A stretch of DNA of 60,137 nt from Acidimicrobiia bacterium (GCA_035513195.1 DATKCM010000082.1:1-60137), one strand, 5' to 3'. Counted from the first letter of the stretch, positions 17,776-26,684 are shown. Numbers and translations: made by a program. Notes: a model not told the origin generated them from the letters alone.

Positions 17776-18969
17776 ATGCGCCGATTGGCATCTCGAGCCA
17801 CACTGGTGATCATCCCTTTGATCGTTCTCGCCTCGGGCTGCAGCAACGACCAGCAGCCCGGCACCACCCTTCCCGGAACAACGGAAACCACCGCTCCGTC
17901 GACGACGGCCACAACCGAAGAGCCAACCACCTCCACCGCGCCGACTACCACGACGACCACGACGCTACCGCCGCTCCAGTCGCTCGCCTATGAGGAGGTC
18001 GCCAGCTTCAACTCCCCGGTTCAAGTGATACCCGGCGCCGTGTCCGGGATGATCTATGTGGTCGACAAGGTCGGGTACCTATGGTCGATGGTCGACGGCG
18101 AGGTCAATGAGGACCCGGTCCTCGACATCTCAAGCCTTGTCAGCGGAGGAGGCGAACAGGGTTTCCTCGCCGCAACCCTGCACCCCGACGACCCGAGCCG
18201 GCTTTTTGTCCATTACACCGACACGGCCGGTGACACGGTGGTAGCCGAGTACACGCTTGCTGACCCTCTAGGCGCCGACCACGAGAGTGCCACCGTCCTA
18301 CTGGCGGTAGACCAACCCGCAGGCAATCACAACGGCGGGATGATTCTTTTCGACGCCGAGGGAAGGCTTCTCGTGGGTCTCGGCGATGGTGGAGGCGCCA
18401 ACGACGTCCATGGCAACGGCCAGAACACTGGAACGCTGCTCGGTGGGATTGTGGTTGTCGACACATCCGGCGGGGGAGGAACCCTGTTCAATTACGGGCT
18501 GCGCAACCCATGGCGGTTCTGGCTGGACGGGGACAGGATATTCATCGCCGATGTCGGCCAGAACGCATACGAGGAAGTGAACGTCGCCCCAATTCAGCCC
18601 GACCTCAACTTCGGATGGCCGATCACCGAAGGCCTTCATTGCTTCAGCCCGTCATCAGGCTGCGACATTGCGGGTATCACCATGCCAGTGGCCGAGGTGG
18701 CCCACGGCGACGCCAGCTCGTGTTCAATAACCGGAGGCGTCGTATATCGGGGAGCACAAATCCCGGAGCTCGACGGCCATTACCTGTTCAGTGACTATTG
18801 CGGTGGCTACCTGCGCAGCTTCGAGACGACCGCCGACGAGATCGAGGTAGTCGACTGGACTGACGATGTAGGTGTTCCGGGAATGATCACCGGCTTCGGG
18901 ATCGACGGTGATGGTGAGGTGTACGTTTCCACTACGGGCTTGGTGCTGAAACTCGTCGCTGTCCGCTGA
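17776..18969 (+). CDS. PQQ-dependent sugar (glucose/sorbosone) dehydrogenase, lipoprotein
   Basis: 397 aa. Lipobox LASGC, Thr/Pro-rich linker, beta-propeller motifs QPAGNHNGGMILFD and GLGDGGGANDVHGNGQN typical of YliI/sGDH-like enzymes. Confidence 0.8.
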   Translation: MRRLASRATLVIIPLIVLASGCSNDQQPGTTLPGTTETTAPSTTATTEEPTTSTAPTTTTTTTLPPLQSLAYEEVASFNSPVQVIPGAVSGMIYVVDKVGYLWSMVDGEVNEDPVLDISSLVSGGGEQGFLAATLHPDDPSRLFVHYTDTAGDTVVAEYTLADPLGADHESATVLLAVDQPAGNHNGGMILFDAEGRLLVGLGDGGGANDVHGNGQNTGTLLGGIVVVDTSGGGGTLFNYGLRNPWRFWLDGDRIFIADVGQNAYEEVNVAPIQPDLNFGWPITEGLHCFSPSSGCDIAGITMPVAEVAHGDASSCSITGGVVYRGAQIPELDGHYLFSDYCGGYLRSFETTADEIEVVDWTDDVGVPGMITGFGIDGDGEVYVSTTGLVLKLVAVR

Positions 18970-18993
18970 CGACGGCGGGTTAGGCTCCGCTTG

Positions 18994-19416
18994 ATGTCGT
19001 CGTTATTCACCAGGATCATTGAAGGCGAAATACCCGGAACATTCGTCTGGAAGGACGATCTCTGCGTGGCCTTCATGACCATTGCCCCGCTTCGCCCGGG
19101 CCACACTCTTGTTGTGCCTATCGAAGAGGTCGATCACTGGATCGACCTCACGCCCCGGCTCAGGCGCCACCTCTTCGACATTGCGGCGAAGATCGCCGCG
19201 GCAATACAGGACGCGTTCGACCCGACGAAGGTGGGCCTCATGATCGCCGGCCTCGAGGTCCCCCATGCCCACCTCCACCTCGTCCCCATCGACGCGGTCC
19301 ACGACCTCGACTTTTCCAACGCCGACGACTCCGCTCGACGGGAGGACGTCGAGGACTCGGCCGCCAGGATCCGACAAGCTCTCGAGATGAGAGGCGCCTC
19401 CGGGGTAACCGGATAG
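18994..19416 (+). CDS. HIT (histidine triad) family nucleotide hydrolase
   Basis: N-terminus SLFTRIIEGEIPG, and the histidine triad HAHLHLVP. ATG 18994 is preferred to TTG 18991. Confidence 0.85.
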   Translation: MSSLFTRIIEGEIPGTFVWKDDLCVAFMTIAPLRPGHTLVVPIEEVDHWIDLTPRLRRHLFDIAAKIAAAIQDAFDPTKVGLMIAGLEVPHAHLHLVPIDAVHDLDFSNADDSARREDVEDSAARIRQALEMRGASGVTG

Positions 19417-19439
19417 TGCCCGGGACGGGCTCCTAGATA

Positions 19440-20270
19440 GTGGAAGTCCTGCTGGGGGGGATCACCTCGATTCTCTACGGGGTGGCCGATTTCCTTGGAG
19501 GCGAGGCTTCCCGCAAGGTCACCGCTGCCACCGTCGTGGTCTGGTCCGGCATCTTCTCGTTCCCGTTGCTCCTGGTCGTGGCATCTTTGGCCGGCGGAGG
19601 CGCGTCGAATGCGGACTACCTGATCGGATTCGGAGCAGGCATATCCGGAGCAATCGGGCTGGTGATTCTGTTTACCGGGCTGGCCAGGGGTCGCGCCGCG
19701 ACGGTGGCGCCCCTTTCGGCTGCTCTGGGTGCAGTGGTCCCGGTGGTCGTCGCGGTGATAGCGGGCGACCGCCCTTCCATCCTGGCCTGGGTCGGTGTCG
19801 GAGTCGCGGTTCCGGCCATCGCCCTGTCGGCCTGGACCGATGACGAAGCAGGATCGACTCGCTCCGGCCTTGTCTACGGGGCAGGTGCCGGCCTCGGCTT
19901 CGGCGGCTTTGCCGCGATTATCGGGCTCACGGACGACAACTCGGGGTTGTGGCCGCTGGTGACTGCGCGGGGCGGCCTGGTCGCGGTTGTTGTGATTCTG
20001 GCGGGATTGGGCGCCTGGAAACTGCAGGCATTTTCTGCTGCGCCGAGGGCGATCATTCTTGGTAACAGCGCCCTCGATGTCTCTGCCAACATCATGCTGA
20101 TCTTCGCGCTGCGAGCAGGGTCTTTCGCACTTGCTGCAGTCGCAGCGTCATTCTATCCCGCGGTAACCGTGATCCTTGCCAAGGTCGTGAATGCCGAGTC
20201 GCTGAGAGGACGACAGGTAGTGGGGATCGTGATGACGTTGGTGGCAATGGCGCTCATAGCATCCAATTAG
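19440..20270 (+). CDS. polytopic membrane protein, probable EamA/DMT-type transporter
   Basis: 276 aa, Gly/Ala/Val-rich, about 9-10 TM helices in two halves. GTG start. The family call is weak. Confidence 0.5.
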   Translation: MEVLLGGITSILYGVADFLGGEASRKVTAATVVVWSGIFSFPLLLVVASLAGGGASNADYLIGFGAGISGAIGLVILFTGLARGRAATVAPLSAALGAVVPVVVAVIAGDRPSILAWVGVGVAVPAIALSAWTDDEAGSTRSGLVYGAGAGLGFGGFAAIIGLTDDNSGLWPLVTARGGLVAVVVILAGLGAWKLQAFSAAPRAIILGNSALDVSANIMLIFALRAGSFALAAVAASFYPAVTVILAKVVNAESLRGRQVVGIVMTLVAMALIASN

Positions 20271-21400
20271 AGTGCCGGCCTCCGGCTGGCTTCAATCCTG
20301 TAGTCCGAAATCGTCCTTTTCAGATAGGAAAGCGCCACGTCGTATCCCCGTGTCACGTAGTTGTCCGTGTAGTGGAGCACCCGCCCGGTCCACATTCTGA
20401 AGAGGAGGCCTTCCCATGCGGCGTCGCCGAGTCGGAATAGCTCACTGGCCGCCGCCAGGAATATCCACCACGTCTCCTCGTCGAGGAAGGTGAGATCGCC
20501 TTTCTCGATCATCCGGCTTATCAATGCCGGGAACGAGTCGGGGAGACGTTCGATGGCGTCCCCCTCACCCGGAGCCAGCTCCATCGAGAGCAGCGGTCGC
20601 GTCTTCTCAACGGAGTATCCGGTCTGGACGCGCAGAGTCTCCGGTGCCGGCGACTCGGGATCCCGCGCGTGATCTGTGGCGGGCAGGGTGTCGTCGGGGA
20701 GCCCGATCACAGCGTCGAAGCACTCCACGAGCATCGTCCTGAGCTCTTCGAGCGACCCATAGAGTGTGTGTGACTTCCCTGATGCCACGTGGTGCTCAAA
20801 GATGGGAAATCCGTTGGCCACCATCGCATGGGTGAGCACGGTGTCGATTCCCCAGTCGGAGCGCTCCGCGACACCGGGAAACGCAGCGACCTTTTGGATA
20901 GCGGAACCGTTGAGGAGCAGTTCGCCTCCCAGCGGCTGGCCGATCTGCGAGAGGACTGAGCCAGGGAACTTCATAGCGAGCATGGGCCTGGTTACCAACC
21001 ATGTGATCATCGCGTCTGTAGCAGCCCGGGGAAAGGAGTGACGTACTGCATCGAACCCGGCGTCGGCAGCCTTCTCCGCGCCGTCGATCCACTCTGAGTC
21101 GAAATTGGTGATGTCGGCGTCGTAGAAGTGGAGCCTGTCGACTCCTTCGGCTGCCGCCCGTTGCAAAGCGGTGTTCATCGCGTCGCCTTTTCCAGGTCGA
21201 TAGGTTCCGATTCGCTCCTCGGGAATCACCTCGACCCCGGAGCCGGAGGACCGGGCGATTTCACCTGCGTGCTTGTTGACCTGATCGGATCTTCCCACAG
21301 CCCAAACCGTGTCGACTCGAGGGTGACTTGCCGCGGTCTGCACGTTGGCCAGGACCAGGCCGGGGTCTTCGTCCATGAAGGGGATGGCAACCGTGCTCAT
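20267..21400 (-). CDS. mgs: mannosylglycerate (or glucosylglycerate) synthase-like GT-A glycosyltransferase (GT78-like)
   Basis: 377 aa. Blocks AIPFMDEDP..AASHPRV, RPGKGDAMNTAL, HFYDADITNFD, RHSFPRAATDAMITW, QPLGGELL, RSDWGIDT, LRTMLVECF and LLFRMWTGRVLHYT match my recollection of Rhodothermus marinus mannosylglycerate synthase. This is memory-based and needs a search. Confidence 0.55.
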   Translation of the reverse strand: MSTVAIPFMDEDPGLVLANVQTAASHPRVDTVWAVGRSDQVNKHAGEIARSSGSGVEVIPEERIGTYRPGKGDAMNTALQRAAAEGVDRLHFYDADITNFDSEWIDGAEKAADAGFDAVRHSFPRAATDAMITWLVTRPMLAMKFPGSVLSQIGQPLGGELLLNGSAIQKVAAFPGVAERSDWGIDTVLTHAMVANGFPIFEHHVASGKSHTLYGSLEELRTMLVECFDAVIGLPDDTLPATDHARDPESPAPETLRVQTGYSVEKTRPLLSMELAPGEGDAIERLPDSFPALISRMIEKGDLTFLDEETWWIFLAAASELFRLGDAAWEGLLFRMWTGRVLHYTDNYVTRGYDVALSYLKRTISDYRIEASRRPAL

Positions 21401-21438
21401 GGCGCAACGATAAAGGGGTTCCCATGCCGCAACCGAGT

Positions 21439-21462
21439 TCTGTCATCGGCGCCGTCTACGCT
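21439..21462 (+). promoter_or_regulatory. RecA-NDp/PafBC-like DNA-damage promoter motif upstream of herA (TCTGTCA-N11-TACGCT)
   Basis: TGTCA at 21441-21445, then 3+8 nt, then the TANNNT hexamer TACGCT at 21457-21462. The herA ATG lies 8 nt after the hexamer with no SD. Spacing matches the tTGTCRgtg-8nt-TAnnnT consensus. Confidence 0.45.
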
Positions 21463-21470
21463 CGCGGCGC

Positions 21471-23141
21471 ATGGCAGATTTGGTCGGAAGGGTCATCGGC
21501 ACCCGGGACTCCACTCCGCTGGAGTTTTGGGTGGGCGTAGCGGAGGGCGAATACCTCCAGCTTGACGACGTCGTGGCCCTCGAACGGGTGCTTCCGACCG
21601 GCGAGATGGTCAAGATGTACGGGATGGTGGGCCAGGTCGTTGCCCGCCACGAGGGCGCCCGATTCGATTCCGATGTGTTTCTGATCGAAGAGGGCATCCT
21701 CCCGGCCCAGGTGACCGAGGCGGCGCAGGTGACATCCACACGCTTCGAGCCGGAAGTCTTCGTGCCACCCATCCCGGGCCAGGCCGTCCGGATCGCCACC
21801 GGGGACGAGCGAGACAAAGCATTGTTTTTCGATCGGATGGAAGAGCGATTCCCGGTTGGCCTCGCACGGAACGGCGAGCCACTCTGGGTGAACTTCGAGT
21901 TCCTAAACGGTGATCGAGGAGCTCACGTCAACATCTCAGGGATCTCGGGGGTCGCCACGAAAACGTCCTACGCCACTTTCTTGCTCCATTCCCTATTCAC
22001 CAGCGGCGTGCTTGGTAGCGCTTCGGTCAACACCAAAGCCTTGATCTTCAATGTGAAAGGCGAGGACCTTCTCCACCTGGACCGCCCCAACAAGAACCTC
22101 GACGACGACCAGCGTCTTGGTTATACCCGTCTCGGCCTCCCCTCGACGCCTTTCGACTCGGTCGGGATGTTCGCCCCTCCCCGCATTGGCGACCCGAGAG
22201 CGACTGCCGATGTCGCCTCGCGGACTGACGTCACCTCATTCTTCTGGACGATCCACGATTTCTGCTCCGGTGACCTCATGCCGTTCTTGTTCTCTGATGC
22301 CGAGGACGACCGGGCCCAGTACACAACCGTGGTCTACAACGTTATGGCCCAACTGCGGCACGCTGAGTCGACCGACACCGGTGCCGCGATTCTGGAGGGC
22401 GTGAAGCTCCGAACCTTCCGCGAGCTGGTCGACCTGATCACAGACCGGGTCCAGGATGAGGAAACCAGGCGGGTATGGGCCGGACCTGCGATCGGAATGG
22501 GAACGGTCAATGCCTTTGTCCGTCGGCTTCAGGGGGCGGTCCGGCATATCGAGCGTTTGGTCCGGGCCGACGTGCCCAACCCGGAGAAGCACCGAGTTCG
22601 GCTGGATGTGAACCAGGTCACCGTTGTCGACTTGCATAATTTGAACGACCGGGCCAAGCGGTTTGTGGTTGGTGTGACCCTGCGCAAAGCGTTCGAGGAC
22701 AAGGAACGGGCCGGACAGAGCCGCGAGTTGTTGATGGTCGTCCTCGATGAGCTCAACAAATATGCCCCCAGGGAGGGCACCAGCCCGATCAAAGAGGTGC
22801 TTCTCGACATGGCAGAGCGTGGCCGTTCCCTCGGAGTGATACTCATCGGTGCCCAGCAAACCGCCTCGGAGGTGGAACGGCGCATTATCGCCAACTCGTC
22901 GATCCGGGTGGTAGGCCGGCTCGATTCGGCTGAGGCGTCGCGAGAAGAGTACGGCTTTCTCCCGGCGGTCCACAGACAGAGGGCAACGATCATCAAGCCG
23001 GGAACGATGATTCTCAGCCAGCCCGAGATCCCGGTGCCGCTCGTCCTCGAGTTCCCGTTCCCTGCTTGGGCGACCCGCGCCGCAGAGGCGATCGAAGAGG
23101 TCGGTGCTCACATTCCGGACGACCCGTTCGCGGGATTGTGA
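21471..23141 (+). CDS. herA: HerA-type (DUF87/FtsK-HerA superfamily) hexameric ATPase/translocase
   Basis: 556 aa. N-terminal HAS-barrel-like segment GRVIGTRDSTPLEFWVGVAEGEYLQLDDVV, P-loop region NISGISGVATKTSY, Walker B LMVVLDELNKYAP, and GVILIGAQQTASEV downstream. Confidence 0.75.
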   Translation: MADLVGRVIGTRDSTPLEFWVGVAEGEYLQLDDVVALERVLPTGEMVKMYGMVGQVVARHEGARFDSDVFLIEEGILPAQVTEAAQVTSTRFEPEVFVPPIPGQAVRIATGDERDKALFFDRMEERFPVGLARNGEPLWVNFEFLNGDRGAHVNISGISGVATKTSYATFLLHSLFTSGVLGSASVNTKALIFNVKGEDLLHLDRPNKNLDDDQRLGYTRLGLPSTPFDSVGMFAPPRIGDPRATADVASRTDVTSFFWTIHDFCSGDLMPFLFSDAEDDRAQYTTVVYNVMAQLRHAESTDTGAAILEGVKLRTFRELVDLITDRVQDEETRRVWAGPAIGMGTVNAFVRRLQGAVRHIERLVRADVPNPEKHRVRLDVNQVTVVDLHNLNDRAKRFVVGVTLRKAFEDKERAGQSRELLMVVLDELNKYAPREGTSPIKEVLLDMAERGRSLGVILIGAQQTASEVERRIIANSSIRVVGRLDSAEASREEYGFLPAVHRQRATIIKPGTMILSQPEIPVPLVLEFPFPAWATRAAEAIEEVGAHIPDDPFAGL

Positions 23142-23162
23142 TTCAGGGTCGGCAAAACCGAA

Positions 23163-23186
23163 TCTGTCACACCGGGCCAATACGAT
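23163..23186 (+). promoter_or_regulatory. second RecA-NDp/PafBC-like motif, upstream of mre11/sbcD (TCTGTCA-N11-TACGAT)
   Basis: TGTCA at 23165-23169, 3+8 nt, TACGAT at 23181-23186. GTG 23194 lies 7 nt after the hexamer. Same core and same spacing as the herA copy. Confidence 0.45.
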
Positions 23187-23193
23187 CGAGATC

Positions 23194-24327
23194 GTGACAG
23201 TGAAAATCCTCCATACATCCGATTGGCATGTTGGCCGGCGAATCGGCGGGCACGACAGGTCGGCAGAGCATCGTTTGGTCCTCGACGAGATTGTCGGCCT
23301 GGCCGCCGACAACAGTGTCGACTTGACGATTGTCGCCGGAGATCTCTTCGATACGGCCACACCGACGCCGCAAGCCGAAGCCATTGTCTGGCGGTCCTTG
23401 TTGGAGTTGTCGAGTGTGTCTCGAGTCGTCGTTGTTGCTGGCAACCACGACAACGCCGCCCGACTCGAAGCGGTCGCACCTCTCCTTGCATTGGGCCGGA
23501 TCACAGTTTGCGCGACAGCAACCAATCCGGCCGATGGTGGTGTGCTTGAACTTCCTGAACTGGACACCCGGGTCGCAATGCTTCCGTTCATCTCCCAACA
23601 GGGGATCGTGCGGGCAACCGAGATCATGAACCTCGATCCTGATCAACACGCCGGGCTCTACGGCGAGCGCATCGCGGTGCTGATAGAGCGACTCACCTCG
23701 GAGATGGGTCCCGACTCGGTGAATGTCCTTACCGGCCACCTAACGGTTTACGGAGCACTGGCCGGTGGCGGGGAGCGCCAGGCTCACATCTTCGGTTACG
23801 CAATTCCATCGTCGGCATTCCCCGGACATCTCTCTTATGTCGCCCTCGGTCATCTCCATCGACAACAGAAGATGCCTCACGGCGCTGCGGTCTGGTACTC
23901 AGGATCACCGCTTCAACTCGACTTCGGAGAGGTCGACGACCAGAAAGGGGTCCTGCTGGTCGAAGCCGCCCCCGGTCTCCCAGCAAAGGTCACCTCGATC
24001 CCGCTACGGGAGGGGAAACGGTTGGTCACCCTGCGTGGCACGCTCGACCAGGTGCTCGCCCGAGCTGGAGACCTGGGGGACGTCTATGTGAAGGTCGAGC
24101 TCGACGAGAAAGCCCGGGTCGGCCTCGCCGACCGGGTCCGCGCGGCCATCCCCGATGTGGTTGACGTGAAGCTCCGTGCGAGCGGTGGGGTGGGGGGACG
24201 ACAACTCGAAGACCGGACCTCCGTTACCGGGCCGGAAGCATTCAAGAAGTACCTTGAGGACAACGGCGTCGACGATCCGAAAGTCGAGGCCCTCTTTGCC
24301 GAGCTTCTCGAGGAGGTGAGTTCCTGA
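23194..24327 (+). CDS. sbcD: Mre11/SbcD family DNA repair nuclease
   Basis: All five calcineurin-like phosphoesterase motifs are present: HTSDWHVG, VAGDLFD, VAGNHDN, LTGHL, ALGHLH. The start is GTG 23194 (leaderless by promoter spacing) or GTG 23200 (MKILHTSDWH). The first 30 codons of ORF 23104.. are unlikely to be coding. Confidence 0.85.
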   Translation: MTVKILHTSDWHVGRRIGGHDRSAEHRLVLDEIVGLAADNSVDLTIVAGDLFDTATPTPQAEAIVWRSLLELSSVSRVVVVAGNHDNAARLEAVAPLLALGRITVCATATNPADGGVLELPELDTRVAMLPFISQQGIVRATEIMNLDPDQHAGLYGERIAVLIERLTSEMGPDSVNVLTGHLTVYGALAGGGERQAHIFGYAIPSSAFPGHLSYVALGHLHRQQKMPHGAAVWYSGSPLQLDFGEVDDQKGVLLVEAAPGLPAKVTSIPLREGKRLVTLRGTLDQVLARAGDLGDVYVKVELDEKARVGLADRVRAAIPDVVDVKLRASGGVGGRQLEDRTSVTGPEAFKKYLEDNGVDDPKVEALFAELLEEVSS

Positions 24328-26684
24328 GACCTCTGTCCATAGAGTTGGAAGGCTTTTTCGCCTACCGGAAGCGGGCCCTGGTCGACCTTTCCGGGATTGA
24401 CTACTTCTCACTCGAGGGCCCAACCGGTTCGGGAAAGTCGAGCCTCATTGACGCCATGATTTTTGCCCTCTACGGAAAGATTCCACGGCTTGGCGGGAAC
24501 ACCGTCGCCCCCGCGATTTCCGCAGGAGCCGATAGGGCGCGGGTGTCCTTCAGCTTTCTGTCAAATGGTGTCGAATACACGGCAACCAGGCAGTTGGAGC
24601 GAACGCAGGCGGGAGGAGCCAGAGCGACCGAGGTGCGACTCGAAAGCGGTGAAGATGTAATCGCCTCCGGGAGTGCAGATGTGAGCCCCGAGGTCACCCG
24701 AATTCTGAACCTCTCATACGAGGACTTCACCCGCACTGTCGTATTGCCTCAAGGTGAGTTCGCCCGTTTCCTGACAGCGACACCAAAGGATCGTCAGGAA
24801 CTGCTGCGCGGCCTTCTCGGTCTCGACCTGTACCGCACGATGGGCTCGCTGGCGCGCACACGAGAGCAGGTCGCCCGCTCGGAATCGCTCTCCGCTTCGA
24901 GTCGCCTGAATGACCTAGCGGTGCCTTCCGAGGAGGATCAGAGAGCAGCCAGGGAGCGGCTCACGGCGATCGTAGAGCTCTCCGGGAGAATCGACAACGA
25001 CGAGGAGGAATTGAAGCGCCTCGAGGACAGCGTTGGCTCGCTCAAGGAGAGCGCTGACCAAACGAGCGGTGCCCTGGCACGGCTACGGGAGTTGAGTCCC
25101 CCGCCAAACCTCGAAGAGCTTTCGGCGTTGCTTGCCCGTGCCTCGGAAGAGACAGACATGAATGTTGCCAAGCTGGATGAGCTGGAGAAACGGCAAACGG
25201 CTGCAGCCGAAGAGTTGAAATCCCTTCCCGACATCGGGAGCCTGACCCGATTCGTCGACCTCTATGCCCGCCTTGAAGGGATCGAGGAGGAGATCGCGGG
25301 CATAGATCTCGTCGGTGCCCGCACCCGCCTCGAGAACGCGGAGGCCGCAGTGGTCGAGGGGAGGGAAGCACTTGCTGCGGCACGACGAGAGCAGGAGGAT
25401 GCGAGAGCCGGCCATGCCGCCCACGACCTCGCCCGACGCCTGACGCCCGGAGACCAGTGTCCGGTCTGCCAACAGTCGGTGGCAGTCCTGCCTGAGCCGA
25501 CGGCACCCGTCGATCTCGACGCCATCGATGCTGCCGCCGAGGTGGCGGCTGCCCGGCTCGACAACGCCCGCGAGGCAGTTTCGGGTTTCACCCGTGACCT
25601 GGCCAACGAGGAGGCAGCCCGGAAACAGCTCTTGATCAAACGAGAGGAGCTGACTGCAGATCTCGCCCTGGCCCCTGACCGTGGGGCGATCCCTGGTCTC
25701 ACGGCGAAAATCGAAGCAGCCTCCAGGGCCGTGGCAGACCTCGACGAGCAAAAGCATGCAGTCGCCCGCCGGACAGCCGAAGCGGAGGAGCAGCGGTCAC
25801 GTCTCGCTGAAGAGCAACGGTCGCTCGGCAAGCTCCTGATGGGGCAGAGGGAGAAGCTGGTCGATCTGAAGCCTCCGATAGCCGAGAGTGAGGACATCCT
25901 CATTCAGTGGAAGGAGTTGCTCGCCTGGAAGGAAGTGCTCCTTGTGGACATGGCTGGAGCCGAGGTCGGGCTCCGGGAGCAGATCGGTGCCGCCACCGCA
26001 CGCCTTGCCGCCTCCGTCGCCGAGCTGAACGCGAGGCTGGAGGCTGTGGGGATCGTTGCGGGGAAGTCTCCTTCGGTGGCGGTTGCCCGCGCCGAAGAAC
26101 AAGTCAAACAGTCGGTTGCCATCCAAGCCCAGATAATCGAACAGGCAGCCGTGCTGCGTGACGAAGTGACTGCAGCGTCCGAGAAAGCCTCCGTCGCTGA
26201 GTCTCTTGCCAGGCATCTCCGGTCGGATGGCTTTGAAAGATGGATGATGGTGGGAGCGATTGCAGAGCTCGTCTCGGGAGCAAACACCATCCTCGACGAG
26301 CTGTCTCGCTCGTCGTATTCACTGCATTCGGATGAAGGCGGATCCTTCGACATCGTCGACCACACAAATGCAGACGAGATCCGGCCAGTATCCACCCTGT
26401 CGGGTGGCGAGACGTTCCTGGTCTCCCTGGCCCTCGCCCTTTCCCTGGCTGAGACCCTCGCGTCGGGAGGTGGGTCCCAACTCGACGCAATCATCCTCGA
26501 CGAGGGTTTCGGTACTCTCGACGACGAGTCGCTGGATGTCGTCGCGTCGGTGCTCGAGAGCCTCACGACGTCGGGTCTCATGGTCGGGATCATCACGCAT
26601 GTCAAGGCTCTGGCGAGCAGGGCCCCCGCCCGGTTTGTGGTGAACAAGGGGCCTGCCGGCTCCCGGGTTGAGGCTGTCGAGTGA
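24324..26684 (+). CDS. sbcC: Rad50/SbcC family SMC-like ATPase
   Basis: Walker A GPTGSGKSS, long coiled coil, central zinc hook CPVC (25458-25469), signature LSGGETFLVSLALAL, Walker B AIILDEGFGTLD, H-loop GIITHV. The track start is TTG 24345. The conserved first strand RPLSIELEGF begins at CTG 24324, which has GAGGAGG 7 nt upstream and overlaps the sbcD stop (CTGA). Confidence 0.85.
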   Translation: MRPLSIELEGFFAYRKRALVDLSGIDYFSLEGPTGSGKSSLIDAMIFALYGKIPRLGGNTVAPAISAGADRARVSFSFLSNGVEYTATRQLERTQAGGARATEVRLESGEDVIASGSADVSPEVTRILNLSYEDFTRTVVLPQGEFARFLTATPKDRQELLRGLLGLDLYRTMGSLARTREQVARSESLSASSRLNDLAVPSEEDQRAARERLTAIVELSGRIDNDEEELKRLEDSVGSLKESADQTSGALARLRELSPPPNLEELSALLARASEETDMNVAKLDELEKRQTAAAEELKSLPDIGSLTRFVDLYARLEGIEEEIAGIDLVGARTRLENAEAAVVEGREALAAARREQEDARAGHAAHDLARRLTPGDQCPVCQQSVAVLPEPTAPVDLDAIDAAAEVAAARLDNAREAVSGFTRDLANEEAARKQLLIKREELTADLALAPDRGAIPGLTAKIEAASRAVADLDEQKHAVARRTAEAEEQRSRLAEEQRSLGKLLMGQREKLVDLKPPIAESEDILIQWKELLAWKEVLLVDMAGAEVGLREQIGAATARLAASVAELNARLEAVGIVAGKSPSVAVARAEEQVKQSVAIQAQIIEQAAVLRDEVTAASEKASVAESLARHLRSDGFERWMMVGAIAELVSGANTILDELSRSSYSLHSDEGGSFDIVDHTNADEIRPVSTLSGGETFLVSLALALSLAETLASGGGSQLDAIILDEGFGTLDDESLDVVASVLESLTTSGLMVGIITHVKALASRAPARFVVNKGPAGSRVEAVE

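Noticed and set aside
22236-23627. A 463-aa ORF on the minus strand spanning the herA/sbcD junction.
   Set aside because: It is antisense to two genes that have clear family motifs. Its translation is Arg/Ser/Pro/Gly-rich low complexity, typical of shadow ORFs in high-GC DNA.
25262-26647. Two long minus-strand ORFs (213 and 247 aa) inside rad50.
   Set aside because: They are antisense to a gene with Walker A, zinc hook, signature and Walker B motifs all in order. Ser/Arg/Ala-rich translations mark them as shadow ORFs.
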